A stretch of 64,000 bases of DNA from an uncultured Verrucomicrobiae bacterium. GTDB lineage: Bacteria; Verrucomicrobiota; Verrucomicrobiia; Chthoniobacterales; Chthoniobacteraceae. The stretch lies in the NCBI GenBank assembly GCA_963769025.1, contig CAVYKI010000003.1:544001-608000 (forward strand), given 5' to 3'. The position numbers were made by a program, and so were the translations under genes. Position 1 is the stretch's first letter, and each line of letters starts with the position of its first letter. Under the pieces are notes generated by a model, which had not been told where the DNA came from, ran no database searches, and saw only the letters and a list, made by a program, of their open reading frames with translations. This document shows, in pieces, positions 34,519-46,696 of this stretch.

Positions 34519-36009
34519 AAGGCCTGCTGTTGTTGCTGGCGGTCTTGGCCGGGATGAGCGCCGCACGAGCGGCCGAACTCTCCGCCGGAGTCGCCAAGGT
34601 GGACATCACCGATCGCGCGGCGGGCCCGGTGAATGATCCGTTGTTCGCGAAGGCGCTCGTTTTGAAAAGCGGCGGAACGACCGTGGTGCTCATCACCGTG
34701 GATGCCGTGGCGATCGGGGAGATCGGACGGATCGGGAATGGATTCCTGGCGGACGTGCGTGCGCAGCTGGAGAAGGAGCTGCACATCCCACCAGCGAGTG
34801 TGCTGATCAACGCGAGCCATTGCCACGGGGTCGTGCGCGGTGACACTGCGCAACTGGTGGTCCAGGCGGTGAAGGAGGCGGCGCAAAGCATGGTCAACGT
34901 TAAAGCGGGTGCGGGCACGGGTCGGGAGAATCGGATCAGCGAGAACCGCCGACTGAGGATGAAGGACGGCAGCGAAGTGGACATGCGGCGCGCGTACTCG
35001 ATGCCGCGCGATGAGGACGTGGCGGGCATTGGGCCGATCGATCCGCAGATCGGACTGCTGCGGCTGGATCGCGAGGACGGCCGACCGCTGGCGGTGCTCT
35101 ACAATTTTGCCTGTCATCCGATCATGAATCCGCCCAGCAAGGGCAATTCGGCGGACTATCCCGGCTTTGCCTCGAAGGTGATCGAGGAGAACCTGGGCGG
35201 AGGAGCGATCGCGTTCTTCGTGCAAGGCTGTGCCGGAGACATCAATCCCGTGCGCTACAAGGAAGTGAGCCGCCCGGCGGATGCGGAACCGCTCGGAAAC
35301 ATGCTCGGTCTCGAGCGTGCTGCGCGCTGTGCGGCAGATCAAAACCAAGGCTGGCGGCGCACTGAGGATCAGCAACGAAGTCATCGCGCTGCCGCGGGGC
35401 GCCGATTTCGACCGGCGTATCGCCGCGATCCAGGCGGAGCAGGTCAAGCTGCTGGGAGCGCTCAAGGCGACCAACATCAATTTCAAGACCTTCCTGCCGC
35501 TGCTGCTCCAGGAGAGGCTCTCGCCGGACTTTCCCTCGCACTACGCGCAGAGCTATCTGCACGATCAGGCGCTCGACCGGAAGGCGCTGTCGCAGCTCGA
35601 TGCCGACAATCGCGCGAGCGTGGAAGCCTACCTGCACAATCTCAAGATCATGGAGCAGCTCACACGGCTGAACACGAACCTCGCGCTTCTCAAAAAGCAC
35701 CTCGCGCAACACCAGTCCGCGGGAAAACCGACGATCGATGTCGAAGTGGCCGGCGTCCGCATCGGTGACTTCAAGATGGTGACCTTTCCCGGCGAACTGA
35801 CCGTGCAAGTCGGCCTCAACATCAAGAACGCGGCGAATGATCCGCACGCCTTCGTCGCGGGATACACGAACGGCTACATCTATTACGCGCCGACCGCCGA
35901 GCAGCGGGACAACACCGGCTACGCACAGGAGGATTGCGACTCGCTCGTCGCGCCGGAATGGCAGAAAGTGTTCGAGTCGAAGGCGCTGGAGGTCTTGAAG
36001 AAACTCTAA
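34515..36009 (+). CDS. Secreted neutral/alkaline ceramidase-like amidohydrolase; frameshift near 35310
   Basis: ATGA overlap with the PAL-like gene. Signal peptide; AGVAKVDIT, DPL.AKAL, NASHCH, NFACHP, SADYPG, QGCAGDI, FPGE, GYTNGY. Confidence 0.78.
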
Positions 36010-36111
36010 GCCCGGCCCTGTTTCCGAAGTCATCTCTTCAATGAACCTCCCCATTTTTGCCGGCCCCACAGCCGCTCCGCTCGGCAGCCGGCTTTTTCCC
36101 GCCTCTGCGTG

Positions 36112-38829
36112 ATGACCCGCGCGCTTTCGATTTCATTGATCACCTTGCTCGCCTGCGCGACGCGCGTAGCATCCGGCGCTGCGCAGCCTTCCGCAGGGCA
36201 GATCGAGTTTTTTGAAAAGCAGATTCGCCCCATCCTTGCGGAGCGCTGCTACGAATGCCACAGCGACGGGAAAAAACAGAAAGGCGGGCTCTCGCTCGAT
36301 ACGCGCGAGTCCACGCTCAGGGGCGGCGACACGGGACCGACGCTGGTGCCCGGCGATCCGGAGAAGAGCCTGCTGATCGAGGCGGTGCGTTACAAGAATC
36401 ATGACCTGCAGATGCCGCCGAAGAAGCGGCTCGCGGACAGCGAAGTGCAGGCGCTCGAGGAATGGGTGAAAATGGGCGCGCCTGACCCGCGCGACGCGGC
36501 GCCGGTCGCGAAACCCGGAAGGGTGATCGACATCGACGAGGGGCGGAAATTCTGGAGCTTCGCGCCGCTGGCATGTGTCGAACCGCCGAAGGTCCCGGAC
36601 GCGAAGTCGCCGGTCGACGCCTTCATCCGCGCAAAGCTGCAGGAGAAGGGACTCACCTCCGCACCGCCCGCGGACAAACGCACGCTGATCCGACGCGCGA
36701 CATTCGACCTGACCGGACTGCCTCCCACGCCGCAGGAGGTGGATGCCTTTCTCGCCGACACGTCTCCGGAGGCATTCGACAAGGTCATCGAGCGCCTGCT
36801 CGCCTCGCCGCACTATGGCGAGCGCTGGGGACGGCACTGGCTCGATGTCGCGCGCTATGCGGACTCGAACGGCATGGACGAGAACATCGCCTTCGGCAAC
36901 GCGTGGCGCTACCGCGACTACGTCGTGCGCGCGTTCAACGACGACAAGCCGTTCGACCAATTCCTCATCGAGCAAATCGCCGGGGATCTGCTGCCGCCGC
37001 AGCGAGGATGCACTCACCGCCACGGGCTTCCTCGCGCTCGGCGCGCAGGTGCTGGCGGAGCCGGACATGCAGAAGCTCGAGATGGACATCATCGACGAGC
37101 AGATCGACACGCTCGGGCAAGGCGTTCCTGGGCATGACCCTCGGCTGCGCGCGCTGCCACGATCACAAGTTCGATCCCATCACGCAGGAGGACTACTACG
37201 CGCTGGCGGCCATCTTCCGCAGCACGCGGAGCCTCGCGGCGGAGAAAATGGGCGCGATCAAGTTCTGGTACGAGCACTCGCTCGCCACGCCGGAGCAACT
37301 CGAGGCGAAGAAGAAATTCGACGCGGACCTGAAAGCGAAGAAAGCGGAGGTCGCCGCCTTCACGGCAAGGCACGGAGCGAGGTGAAAGCCGAGCTGCAGC
37401 GCCGGGCCGCGGACTATCTTGCTGCGGCCGTCGCGGCTGCCATCGAAGGCGACAGCTCGCAGACGCTGTTTCCGCGGCCAAGGCGGGCGCAACTCGACGC
37501 GCGATATCGTGCTTTCCTGCCGGCAGTACCTCGACCTGCAACCCGGAGCATCCCGTCTTCGCCGAATGGCGCGCACTGCGCCGCAAAGAAGGACGCCGAG
37601 GCGGTGCGGAAACACTACGCGCCGCTTTTCACCGAGGCGCTCGCGACGAAAAAAGGCCCGGCCTACGCCGCGCTCGCGGACGCCAAAGGGCATCCTCGCC
37701 CTTCCCGCGAAGGACGCCGACGTGCTCGACGCGGCGACGCTCGCGAAGATCGCCGCGATGAACAAGGAGGTGGAGGAATTTGACGGCGACGACAGCCGGA
37801 TCTGCCGGCGCTCATGAGCGTGGCGGACGGCAACGATCGTGAAGACCCTGCCGGTGCACATCCGCGGCAGCTACCTCACGCTCGGCAAGCCGGTGGAGCG
37901 CGGCTTTCCCGAGGTGATGCGGACGAGCTTCACCAAGCCGATCCTTCCCGCAAAGCACAGCGGCCGGCTCGAGCTCGCGCGCTGGATGGCCAGCAGCGAA
38001 CATCCGCTGACCGCGCGCGTGATCGTGAACCGCGTCTGGCGCTGGCACTTCGGCGCGGGAATCGTGAGCAGCACCGGATAATTTCGGCATCCTCGGCGGC
38101 AAGCCCTCCCATCCCGAACTGCTCGACTGGCTCGCGCGGACGTTCATCGAGAGCGGCTGGTCGCATCAAGGACCTGCACCGGCTCCTCATGAAATCGGCG
38201 GCATACCAGCAGGCCAGCAGCGTGGCTTTTTCCGGTCCGGAGAAAGCCGACCCGCGCATCGTCGATCCGGAAAACCGGCTGCTCTGGCGCGCGAACATCC
38301 AGCGGCTCGAAGCGGAGCAGATCCGCGACGCGATGCTTTTCACGAGCGGCTGGCTGAGCACGGAGATCGGCGGCAAGACGATCCCGCTGCGCAACCGCGA
38401 GTTTGTCTTCAACCACACCAGCAAGGACGCGACGACCTACGAGAGCCCGCGCCGCGCGCTCTATCTGCCGATCATCCGGAATCATCTCTACGACATGCTG
38501 GAGCAGTTCGACTACCCGGACCCGACGATGCCGACGGGCAGCCGCAACAGCACCGTCATCGCACCGCAGGCGCTCATCATGATGAACGCGCCGGTCGTCA
38601 TGGAGAGCGCCTCACGCCTCGCTGCGCGGCTCGCCTCGCTGACGGACGATGAGCAACGCGTCGAGCAAGCGTATGCGTTGCTTTACGGACGCCCTCCGGC
38701 GGAACACGAGAAAGCCGAGGCGCTCGCGCTGCTCCGCGAAATCCGCGCTGACGGAAAAGCCAGACCGCGCGCTGGGCGCTGCTCTGCCAGACACTCTTCG
38801 CAGCGAACGAATTCATCTACCTGCGGTGA
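36112..38829 (+). CDS. Cytochrome c + DUF1549 + DUF1553 (PSD1) protein; frameshifted
   Basis: [104 protein letters not shown]. Confidence 0.88.
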
Positions 38830-38834
38830 ACACC

Positions 38835-40250
38835 ATGGAACCATTCCAACCTCTCACCCGCCGCACGATGCTCCAGCGCAGCGCTGGCGGCTTTGGCTGG
38901 CTTGCATTGCAGGCCATGCTCGGGCGCGAGACCGCGCAGGCCGCGGTGGAAAATCCGCTCGCGCCGAAGCAGCCGCATTTCCCGCGCGGGCGAAGCGCGT
39001 CATCTTTCTCTTCATGAAGGGCGGGCCGAGCCATGTGGATACGTTCGATCCGAAGCCGCTGCTCGCAGCGCGACGACGGCAAGCCGTATCCCTTCAAGCA
39101 GCCGCGCATGAAGTTTGCCGAGACCGGCAAGCTGCTGAAGTCACCGTGGAGCTTCAAGCAATACGGCCAGAGCGGGCTGCCGGTGAGCGAGCTTTTCCCG
39201 AACGTCGCGCAGTGCGTGGACGACCTCTGCATCCTCCGCTCGCTGCACGGCACGAATCCCGCGCACGGCGGCGCGCTGCTGAAACTGCACACCGGCAGCG
39301 ACACGCAGGTGCGCCCGAGCATGGGCTCGTGGGTGATCTACGGACTCGGCACGGAGAACGAGAATCTGCCCGGCTTCATCACGATCTGCCCGACGCTCGC
39401 GCACGGCGGCGTGAACAACTGGGGCGCGGCATTTCTGCCCGCGTACTGCCAGGGCACGCCGATCGGCAATGCGAGCATCCCGTCCGACAAGGCGCTCGTG
39501 CGGCACATCCGCAACGAACTGATCAGCGGCGCGACGCAGCGCAAGCAGCTCGATTTTCTCGCGAAGGTGAACCGCGAGCATCTCGCGCTCGACCGGGCCC
39601 GATCTCGCGCTGGAAGGACGCATCAATTCCTTCGAACTCGCCTACCGCATGCAGAGCACGATGCCCGAGGCGCAGGACGTGAGCGGCGAAAGCGACGCGA
39701 CGAAAAAGCTCTACGGCATGGACAATCCCGTGACGGAGAACTTCGGCCGCCAGTGCCTGATGGCGCGGCGCTTCCTCGAGCGCGGCGTGCGCTTCGTGCA
39801 GGTGACGCACAGCGACGGCGAGGTGCAGTGGGACCAGCACGGCAATCTTTTCAAAGGCCACACGAAGAACGCCGCGGAAGTGGACAAGCCGATCGCGGGC
39901 TTTCTGACAGGACCTGAAATCGCGCGGGCTGCTCGACGACACGCTCGTGCTCTGGGGCGGCGAATTCGGCCGCACGCCGACCGCGCAAGGCGACTGACGG
40001 CCGCGACCACAATCCGCACGGCTTCACGATGTGGATGGCCGGCGGCGGCGTGAAGCGGGCATCGCCTACGGCGCGACCGACGACTACGGCTACTTCGCGC
40101 AGGAGGACAAGATGCACATCCACGACCTGCACGCGACGATCCTCGCATCTGCTGGGCTTGAATCACGAGAAGCTGACCTACCGCTATGCCGGCCGCGATT
40201 TCCGCCTCACCGATGTCGAGGGGCACGTCGTGAAGGACATCCTCGCGTAA
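38835..40250 (+). CDS. DUF1501 family protein; frameshifted
   Basis: [80 protein letters not shown]. Confidence 0.9.
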
Positions 40251-40274
40251 CGCTTCCTTCCTCCTCCCGGAATC

Positions 40275-41027
40275 ATGAACAAAATCGATCTGACCAGACG
40301 GAATGCCATCGTCACCGGTGGCGCCCGCGGCATCGGGCTCGCCATCGCGCGACGGCTGCTGGAATCGGGGGCCGGCGTTTCGCTTTGGGATGTGGATGCT
40401 GCGGCGCTCGCGCAGGCGGCGGAGGAATTGAAATCGCTCGGCACGGTGCACACCGCCGTGGTGGACGTGACGCGCGCCGATTCGGCGGAAGCCGGAGCCG
40501 CATCGTCGTCGCAGGCACTCGGCAAGCTCGACATTCTCGTGAACAACGCGGGCATCGCCGGCAGCAATGCGAAGGTGTGGGAGACCGACCCTGCGGAATG
40601 GCGGCGCGTGCTCGACATCAATCTCAACGGGCCATTCCACTGCTGCCGCGCGGTCATCCCGCACCTGCTGCGCAATGGCTACGGGCGCATCGTCAACATC
40701 GCCTCCATCGCGGGCAAGGAAGGCAATCCGAACGCCGCGCACTACAGCGCATCGAAGGCGGGCGTCGTCGCGCTGACGAAGTCGCTCGGCAAGGAACTCG
40801 CGACGAGCAACGTCATCGTGAACTGCATCACGCCCGCCGTCATCGAGACCGACATCCTCAAGCAGATGGCGCAGTCGCACATCGACTACATGCTTTCCAA
40901 AATCCCGATGGGCCGCTTCGGAAAAACCACCGAGGCCGCGGCGCTCGTCGCCTGGCTCTGCTCGGAGGACTGCTCCTTCTCGACCGGCGCAGTCTTCGAT
41001 CTCTCCGGCGGACGCGCCACTTACTGA
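40275..41027 (+). CDS. SDR family NAD(P)-dependent oxidoreductase
   Basis: TGGARGIG, NNAG, S..YSASK. The C-terminus FDLSGGRATY resembles sugar-acid dehydrogenase SDRs. Confidence 0.92.
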   Translation: MNKIDLTRRNAIVTGGARGIGLAIARRLLESGAGVSLWDVDAAALAQAAEELKSLGTVHTAVVDVTRADSAEAGAASSSQALGKLDILVNNAGIAGSNAKVWETDPAEWRRVLDINLNGPFHCCRAVIPHLLRNGYGRIVNIASIAGKEGNPNAAHYSASKAGVVALTKSLGKELATSNVIVNCITPAVIETDILKQMAQSHIDYMLSKIPMGRFGKTTEAAALVAWLCSEDCSFSTGAVFDLSGGRATY

Positions 41028-41042
41028 GCCGGGATTTTCCGA

Positions 41043-42292
41043 GTGAACAACGAAGCCCCCCGCTCACGTCCCGCCTCGTGGAAATGGTGGATCACCGGCC
41101 TGCTCCTGCTGGCCACGATGATCAACTACATGGATCGCGTGACCCTCGCGAACGCGTCCGTGCGCGTGACGCGCGAGCTGGGATTGAGCGAAGCGCAATA
41201 TGGGAATCTCGAGCTCGCCTTCGGCTGGGCGTTCGCGGCGGGTTCGCTCGTGTTCGGATTCCTCGCGGATCGGTTGCGCGTCTATTTGCTCTATCCCGCC
41301 GTTCTCGCCGCGTGGTCGCTCATGGGAATGGCGGCAGGATGGAGCAATGGCTTTTCCGAGCTGATGGTGTGCCGCACGCTGCTCGGGTTTTTCGAGGCCG
41401 GCCACTGGCCCTGCGCACTGAAGACCACCTTCACGCTGCTCAACGAGAAGGACCGCACCATGGGCAACAGCGTGCTGCAAAGCGGCGCGTCCATCGGCGC
41501 GATCGTCACGCCGCAGATCATGAAAGTGCTGATGACCGACCAGCCGGGTTCATGGCGCACGACCTTCGTCGTCGTCGGTGCCGTGGGCTTTCTGTGGGTC
41601 GCTGCATGGCTCATCCTCATGCGGCCCCGCGACCTCGACCGCGCGCCGGCACCTGCGGAGAAAAAAAACGACGGCCTTGCTCTCGGCGTCATCCTGCGCA
41701 GCGGGAGGTTCTGGGCCGTCGCGCTGCTCATCCTCGGCGCGCAGACCGTCTGGCACATCTACCGCGTGTGGCTGATGAAATTTCTGCAAACCGGCCGCGG
41801 CTACGGCGGAGGACCAGGCGCTCAATTTCAACTCCGCTCTACTTCGTCGCCACGGATGTCGGCTGCATCCTCGCCGGCGTCGTTTCGCTCTGGCTGGTCC
41901 GCCGGCGCGCAGCATCGCCGCACGATGCGCGGCGCACGGTGTATGCAGGCGCATGCGTGCTCACGTCGCTCAGCGTCCTCCTGCCGTGGCTGGACAAAGG
42001 CTGGCCGCTGCTCGCCACGCTGCTGCTCATCGGCGCCGGCGCGCTCGCGCTGTTCCCGTGCTACTACAGCTTCGTGCAGGAACTCTCGTCCACGCACGTG
42101 GGCCGTCTGACCGGCCTGCTGAGCCTGTGGGTGTGGGCGGTGACTTCGCCGATGCACAGTTTCTTCGGGATGCTCGCGGATCGCACGAAGAGCTACGACC
42201 TCGGCCTCGTCGTCGCCGGACTTGCGCCGTGGATCGGCGTCATTGCCATGAAAGTGCTCTGGCGGAAAAGCGAAACGCCAGCCGCCTGCTGA
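41043..42292 (+). CDS. MFS transporter, ExuT/ACS-like; frameshifted near 41810-41840
   Basis: LATMINYMDR, GFLADR, RTLLGFFEAGHWP, ER/DR..GN...QSGASIGAI..P; hydrophobic helices. Confidence 0.85.
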
Positions 42293-42336
42293 CCCACGCC
42301 TTCACGTTCGCTCTCACCACTCTCTCCTCCCCATCC

Positions 42337-44498
42337 ATGACCACCAATCCCCCGCTCCCATCCCGCCGTTCGCCGCTGAAGGCGAGCCTCCTCACATTTG
42401 CGCTCATCGCAGCGTGCATCCTGCCGCTCCGCGCCGAGTTCAAGGCCGGCGCCGCAGCCGTGGATATCACGCCGGTGAAGCTGCCGGTGCTGGTCAATGG
42501 CGGCATGACTCAGCCGCTCCGTGGACAAGATCAACACACGCATCCACGCGCGCGCCGTCGCGCTGGCGGATGGCAAGGAGCAGACTCGTCATCGTCGTCG
42601 TGGACAGCTGCATGATGACGCGCCCACTGCTCGATGAAGCAAAGGCCCTGGCGGAAAAGCGCACGGGCATTCCCGCGAATCGCATGCTCATCTCCGCCAC
42701 GCATGCGCACAGCGCGCCGGCCTCGATGGGCTGTCTCGGCACCGACCCGGACCCGGCGTACGTGCCATTCCTGCGGGACAAGCTCGTGGAAGCCATCGCC
42801 GCCGCGCAGGCCGCTCTGGAGCCGGCGCGCATCGGTTTTGCAAAAGGCAGACGCCGCGGATTTCACCGCGGTGCGCCAATGGATCCGCCGGCCCGATCGC
42901 ATCGCGGAGGATCCGTTTGGAAACATGACGGTGCGCGCCAACATGCACGCCGGCCGGAACTGGGACGACGTCACCGGCGAGGCCGGCCCGGAAGATCCCG
43001 ATCTCTCGCTCATCTCGATCCAGGCGCGCGACGGCCGCCCGCTCGCGGTGCTGGGGAATTTCTCGATGCACTACTTCGGCGACAAGGACATCAGCGCGGA
43101 TTACTTCGGCCTCTTCTCCGAGGGCTTGAAGCAGCGCCTCGCGCCCGAGTCCGCGCCGGGCAAGCCGGCATTCGTCGGCATCATGTCGCACGGCTGCAGC
43201 GGCGACATCTACCGCGTGGATTACAAGATCCCGGAGAAGGACCGGCCGAAGCCGACGATCGATCGAATACACGAACGGCCTGCTCGACATCGCGATGAAC
43301 GCCTACAAAGGCATCCGGTATCGCGACGATGCGGACCTCGCGATGACCGAGCGGCGCATGACGCTCAACTACCGCGTGCCGGACAAGCAGCGCCTCGAAT
43401 GGGCGCAAGCGCATCGTCACCGAAATGGGCGACCGCCTCGCGAAGACTCCGACCGAGGTTTATGCGCGCGAGCAGATCATCCTGCACGAGCGGCAGAAGA
43501 CGGAGATCGTCGTGCAGGCATTGCGCATCGGCGACATCGGCATCGCCACCACGCCGTGCGAGACGTACGCGGTCACCGGCTTGAAGATCAAAGCCGCCAG
43601 CCCGCTGCCGCACAACATGGTGATCGAACTCGCCAATGGCGGCGACGGTTACATCCCGCCACCCGAGCAGCATCCCTTCGGCGGCTACAACACGTGGGCC
43701 GCGCGCTCCGCGGGACTCGAGGTCATGGCCGAACCGAAGATCGCGGAGGCCGCCATCGCGCTGCTGGAGAAGGTCAGCGGCAAGCCGCGCCGCGAGTGGA
43801 AGCTCAGCGACGGCGCCGCGGCGCGAGCAATCCTCGAAGCGAAGCCCGCGGCGTACTGGCGCATGAACGAGTTCACCGGCCCGCACGCGACGGACGCCAC
43901 CGGCCACGGCCATGACGCGGTCTATGAGCCCGGGATTACCTATTACCTCGACGGACCGCGCGCGGCGGAATTTTGCGCCGGCGGTGAAATCAATCGTGCG
44001 CCGCACTTCGTCGGCGGACGGATGCGCGCGCAGCTCGACGGACTGGCCGATCATTACTCGGTCTCGATGTGGCTCTGGAATGGCATGCCGAACGACGGCC
44101 GCGAGACCAGCGGCTGGCTCTTCTCGCGCGGCCACGATCACGGCCTCGGCGCACACGGCGATCACCTCGGCATCGGCGGAAAGAGCGGCAACACCGGGCG
44201 GCTCATTTTCTTTCACGGCGACGACTCCAACACGGTGGCCGCCGGAAAAACGGAGATCCCGCGCTGGCAATGGCAGCACGTGGTTCTCGTCCGCGATGGC
44301 GGGCTGGTGCGCGTGTATCTGAACGGCCAGCTCGACCTCGAAACGAAAGCCGCGACCGGCGCGCTCGCGAGCCTGGGCCAGTGTTTCTTCGGCGGCCGCA
44401 GCGACAACGACTCCAACTGGGAGGGGCGCCTCGACGAAATCGCCGTCTTTGATCGCGCGCTGAGTGCGGCGGAGGTGGCGAAGCTCCTCGTGAAATAG
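42337..44498 (+). CDS. Ceramidase-like amidohydrolase with C-terminal LamG domain; frameshifted
   Basis: AGAAAVDITP, SATHAHSAP, NFSMHY, SADYFG, GCSGDI, PCE, LANG.DGYIP; LamG (AYWRMNE, WQHVVLV, YLNG, GRLDEIAVFDRALS). Confidence 0.8.
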
Positions 44499-44528
44499 AC
44501 CCATCGCACCAACGCGCACCCACTCATC

Positions 44529-45654
44529 ATGCTCACGGAATCGACACGACTGCGCGACTTTCCCGCCCTGTCGGAAATCACCTACCTCAACACCGCGGCG
44601 GAAAGCATCCCGCCACGCCGCACCGGCGAGGCCATTGAGGCCTATTGGCAGGACAAGCTGCGCGGCATGAAGGGGCGCGAAGGGCACTTCGCCGCGGTCG
44701 AGGCGTGCCGCGAGGTCAGCGCGCGGATGCTCAGCCTGCAAACGTCCGAGGTGTCGTTCTGCTCGTGCAGTTCGGAAGCCTACAACCTGCTCGCCACAGC
44801 GCTGCAACTCGGCGCGAAGGACGAAGTCGTCGTGAGCGATCTCGACTTCCCCGCCGGCGTGACGCCGTGGCTGCGCGCGACCGATGCGCCGGCTTTGCGG
44901 GTGTGGAAGGCGGTGGATGGTGCGCTGGATGCGGGCGATCTCGCGCCTTTGCTCAATGAACGCACGAAGCTCGTGCAGGTGTCGCTCGTGAGCTTTTACA
45001 ACGGGCATCGCATCGACTGGCGGCCCTTTCGCGACACGGTGCGCAGGCTCGCGCCGAATGCGGTCATCTCGGTGGACATCACGCAGGCGCTCGGCCGCGT
45101 GGTGCTCGACTGCGCAGGCGCGGACATCCTCATCTCCAGCACGCACAAGTGGACGCTCGGCATCCACGGCGGCTGCATCATCGGCATCCCGGCCGCGAGC
45201 GCCGCGCGGCTTACCACGCACGCCGGTGGCTGGCTGCATCTTGCAAAATGCCTTCGACGCCGATCGCTTCGAGCGCGCGGTAACGAAGCCGGGCGCGGCG
45301 AGCTTTTCCGTCGGCATGCCGAACTTCGTCGCGCTCTACGCGCTCAATGCCTCGCTGCGCTACCTCGAAGGCATCGGCATCTCAGCCATCGCCGCGCACG
45401 CTGACCCGCTAGTCGCCGAGGCTGAGGCGGGTCTCCGCGACGTCGGCCTGAAACCGATGTGCCGCTGGAATGGAACGGGCATCCTCGCCTTCCAACATCC
45501 GCGCAGCACCGAGCTGCACGCGGCGTTGGAGCGCGAAAATGTCCACGTGATGCACAATGCGGGGCGCATCCGCATCGCCGTGCACGGCTACAATACGGCG
45601 GGGGACATCGGCCAGTTCCTCCGCGTGCTCGAAACGCTGCTGCGGAGCGTCTGA
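44529..45654 (+). CDS. Class V PLP-dependent enzyme; frameshift near 45245
   Basis: YLNTAA, DITQALG, SSTHKW (PLP lysine), RIAVHGYN. Confidence 0.85.
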
Positions 45655-45705
45655 CCGCCGGAGGCGCACTTCCAATCCCGCCATTTCACCCACATCATCC
45701 CCACC

Positions 45706-46641
45706 ATGAACTCCCCCTCCCTGTTCACCCGCCGCGCCTTCGTCCGCACTGCCACACTGGCCGCACTCGCACCTGTCGGCGGTGCGATCACGCGCGGCGC
45801 AAATCCAGGATTCATCGACGCCCATGTCCACGTCTGGACGCCCGACACGCAGAGCTTCCCTCTCGCGGAAGGAGTCACAAAGGAAAAGGCGATGGTGCCC
45901 CCGAGCTTCACGCCGGCGGAACTCTTCGCGCATTGCCGTCCGGAAGGCGTGACCCGCGTCGTGCTGATCCAGATGAGTTTTTACAAGACCGACAACCGCT
46001 ACATGCTCCATGCCATCGAACGGCATCCCGGCGTTTTCAGCGGCGTGGCGATCGTCGATGAAACGAAGGGCGACGTTTGCGACACGATGAAGGCGCTGGC
46101 GAAGCAGGGCGTGCGCGGTTTCCGCATCTACACCGATCGCGAAAAGGCGGAGGCGTGGGCCGACTCGGACGCGATGAAAAAGATGTGGTCGTGCGCCGCG
46201 GACGCCGGGCTCTCCATGTGCCTGCTGGCAAATCCCGACGCACTGCCTGGCATCCACCGCATGTGCAAGGCGTATCCGAAAACGCGCGTCGTCATCGATC
46301 ACTTCGCCCGTATCGGCATGAAGGGAGTGGTCGAGAATGCAGACCTCGAAAACCTTTGCCGCCTCGCGGAATTCCCGCACACGCACGTGAAGACCTCCGC
46401 CTTTTACGCGCTCGGCGCGAAGAAGGCGCCCTACACCGACATGGCTCCGCTCATTCGTCGGCTGCGCGAAAGCTACGGCGCGTCGCGCCTGATGTGGGCG
46501 AGCGACTGCCCCTACCAAGTGCAGCAAGGTCACACCTACGCGGACTCCATCGCGCTCATCCGCGATCGGCTCGATTTTCTCTCCGCCGAGGACAAGGACT
46601 GGATGCTGCGCAAGACGGCGGAGAAGGTGTTCTTCAGCTAG
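45706..46641 (+). CDS. Amidohydrolase_2 family protein (lactonase-like) with twin-arginine signal
   Basis: TRRAFVR, IDAHVHVW, DNRY, GVRGFR, VIDHFA, VKTS, LMWASDCPY. Confidence 0.88.
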   Translation: MNSPSLFTRRAFVRTATLAALAPVGGAITRGANPGFIDAHVHVWTPDTQSFPLAEGVTKEKAMVPPSFTPAELFAHCRPEGVTRVVLIQMSFYKTDNRYMLHAIERHPGVFSGVAIVDETKGDVCDTMKALAKQGVRGFRIYTDREKAEAWADSDAMKKMWSCAADAGLSMCLLANPDALPGIHRMCKAYPKTRVVIDHFARIGMKGVVENADLENLCRLAEFPHTHVKTSAFYALGAKKAPYTDMAPLIRRLRESYGASRLMWASDCPYQVQQGHTYADSIALIRDRLDFLSAEDKDWMLRKTAEKVFFS

Positions 46642-46667
46642 CGCGCGCTCGCCGGTCACGCCGATTC

Positions 46668-46696
46668 GTAGGACGCCCCGGCGAGGCGTCCCTACC
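46668..46696. repeat. GTAG-type REP-like hairpin between convergent genes
   Basis: GTAGGACGCC-CCGGCGA-GGCGTCCCTACC. The M20 gene's stop codon (46692-46694) lies within the terminal GTAG. Confidence 0.6.

Noticed and set aside
40275..41027. fabG
   Set aside because: No fatty-acid synthesis context; the neighbour is a sugar-acid-type transporter.
13327..43500. Programmed frameshifting or mass pseudogenisation
   Set aside because: Shifts are numerous, lack a common slippery motif, cluster by region and leave motifs intact, which fits sequencing error better.
44529..45654. Cysteine desulfurase (SufS/IscS)
   Set aside because: The catalytic Cys loop is missing before RIAVHGYN and there are no Fe-S assembly genes nearby.
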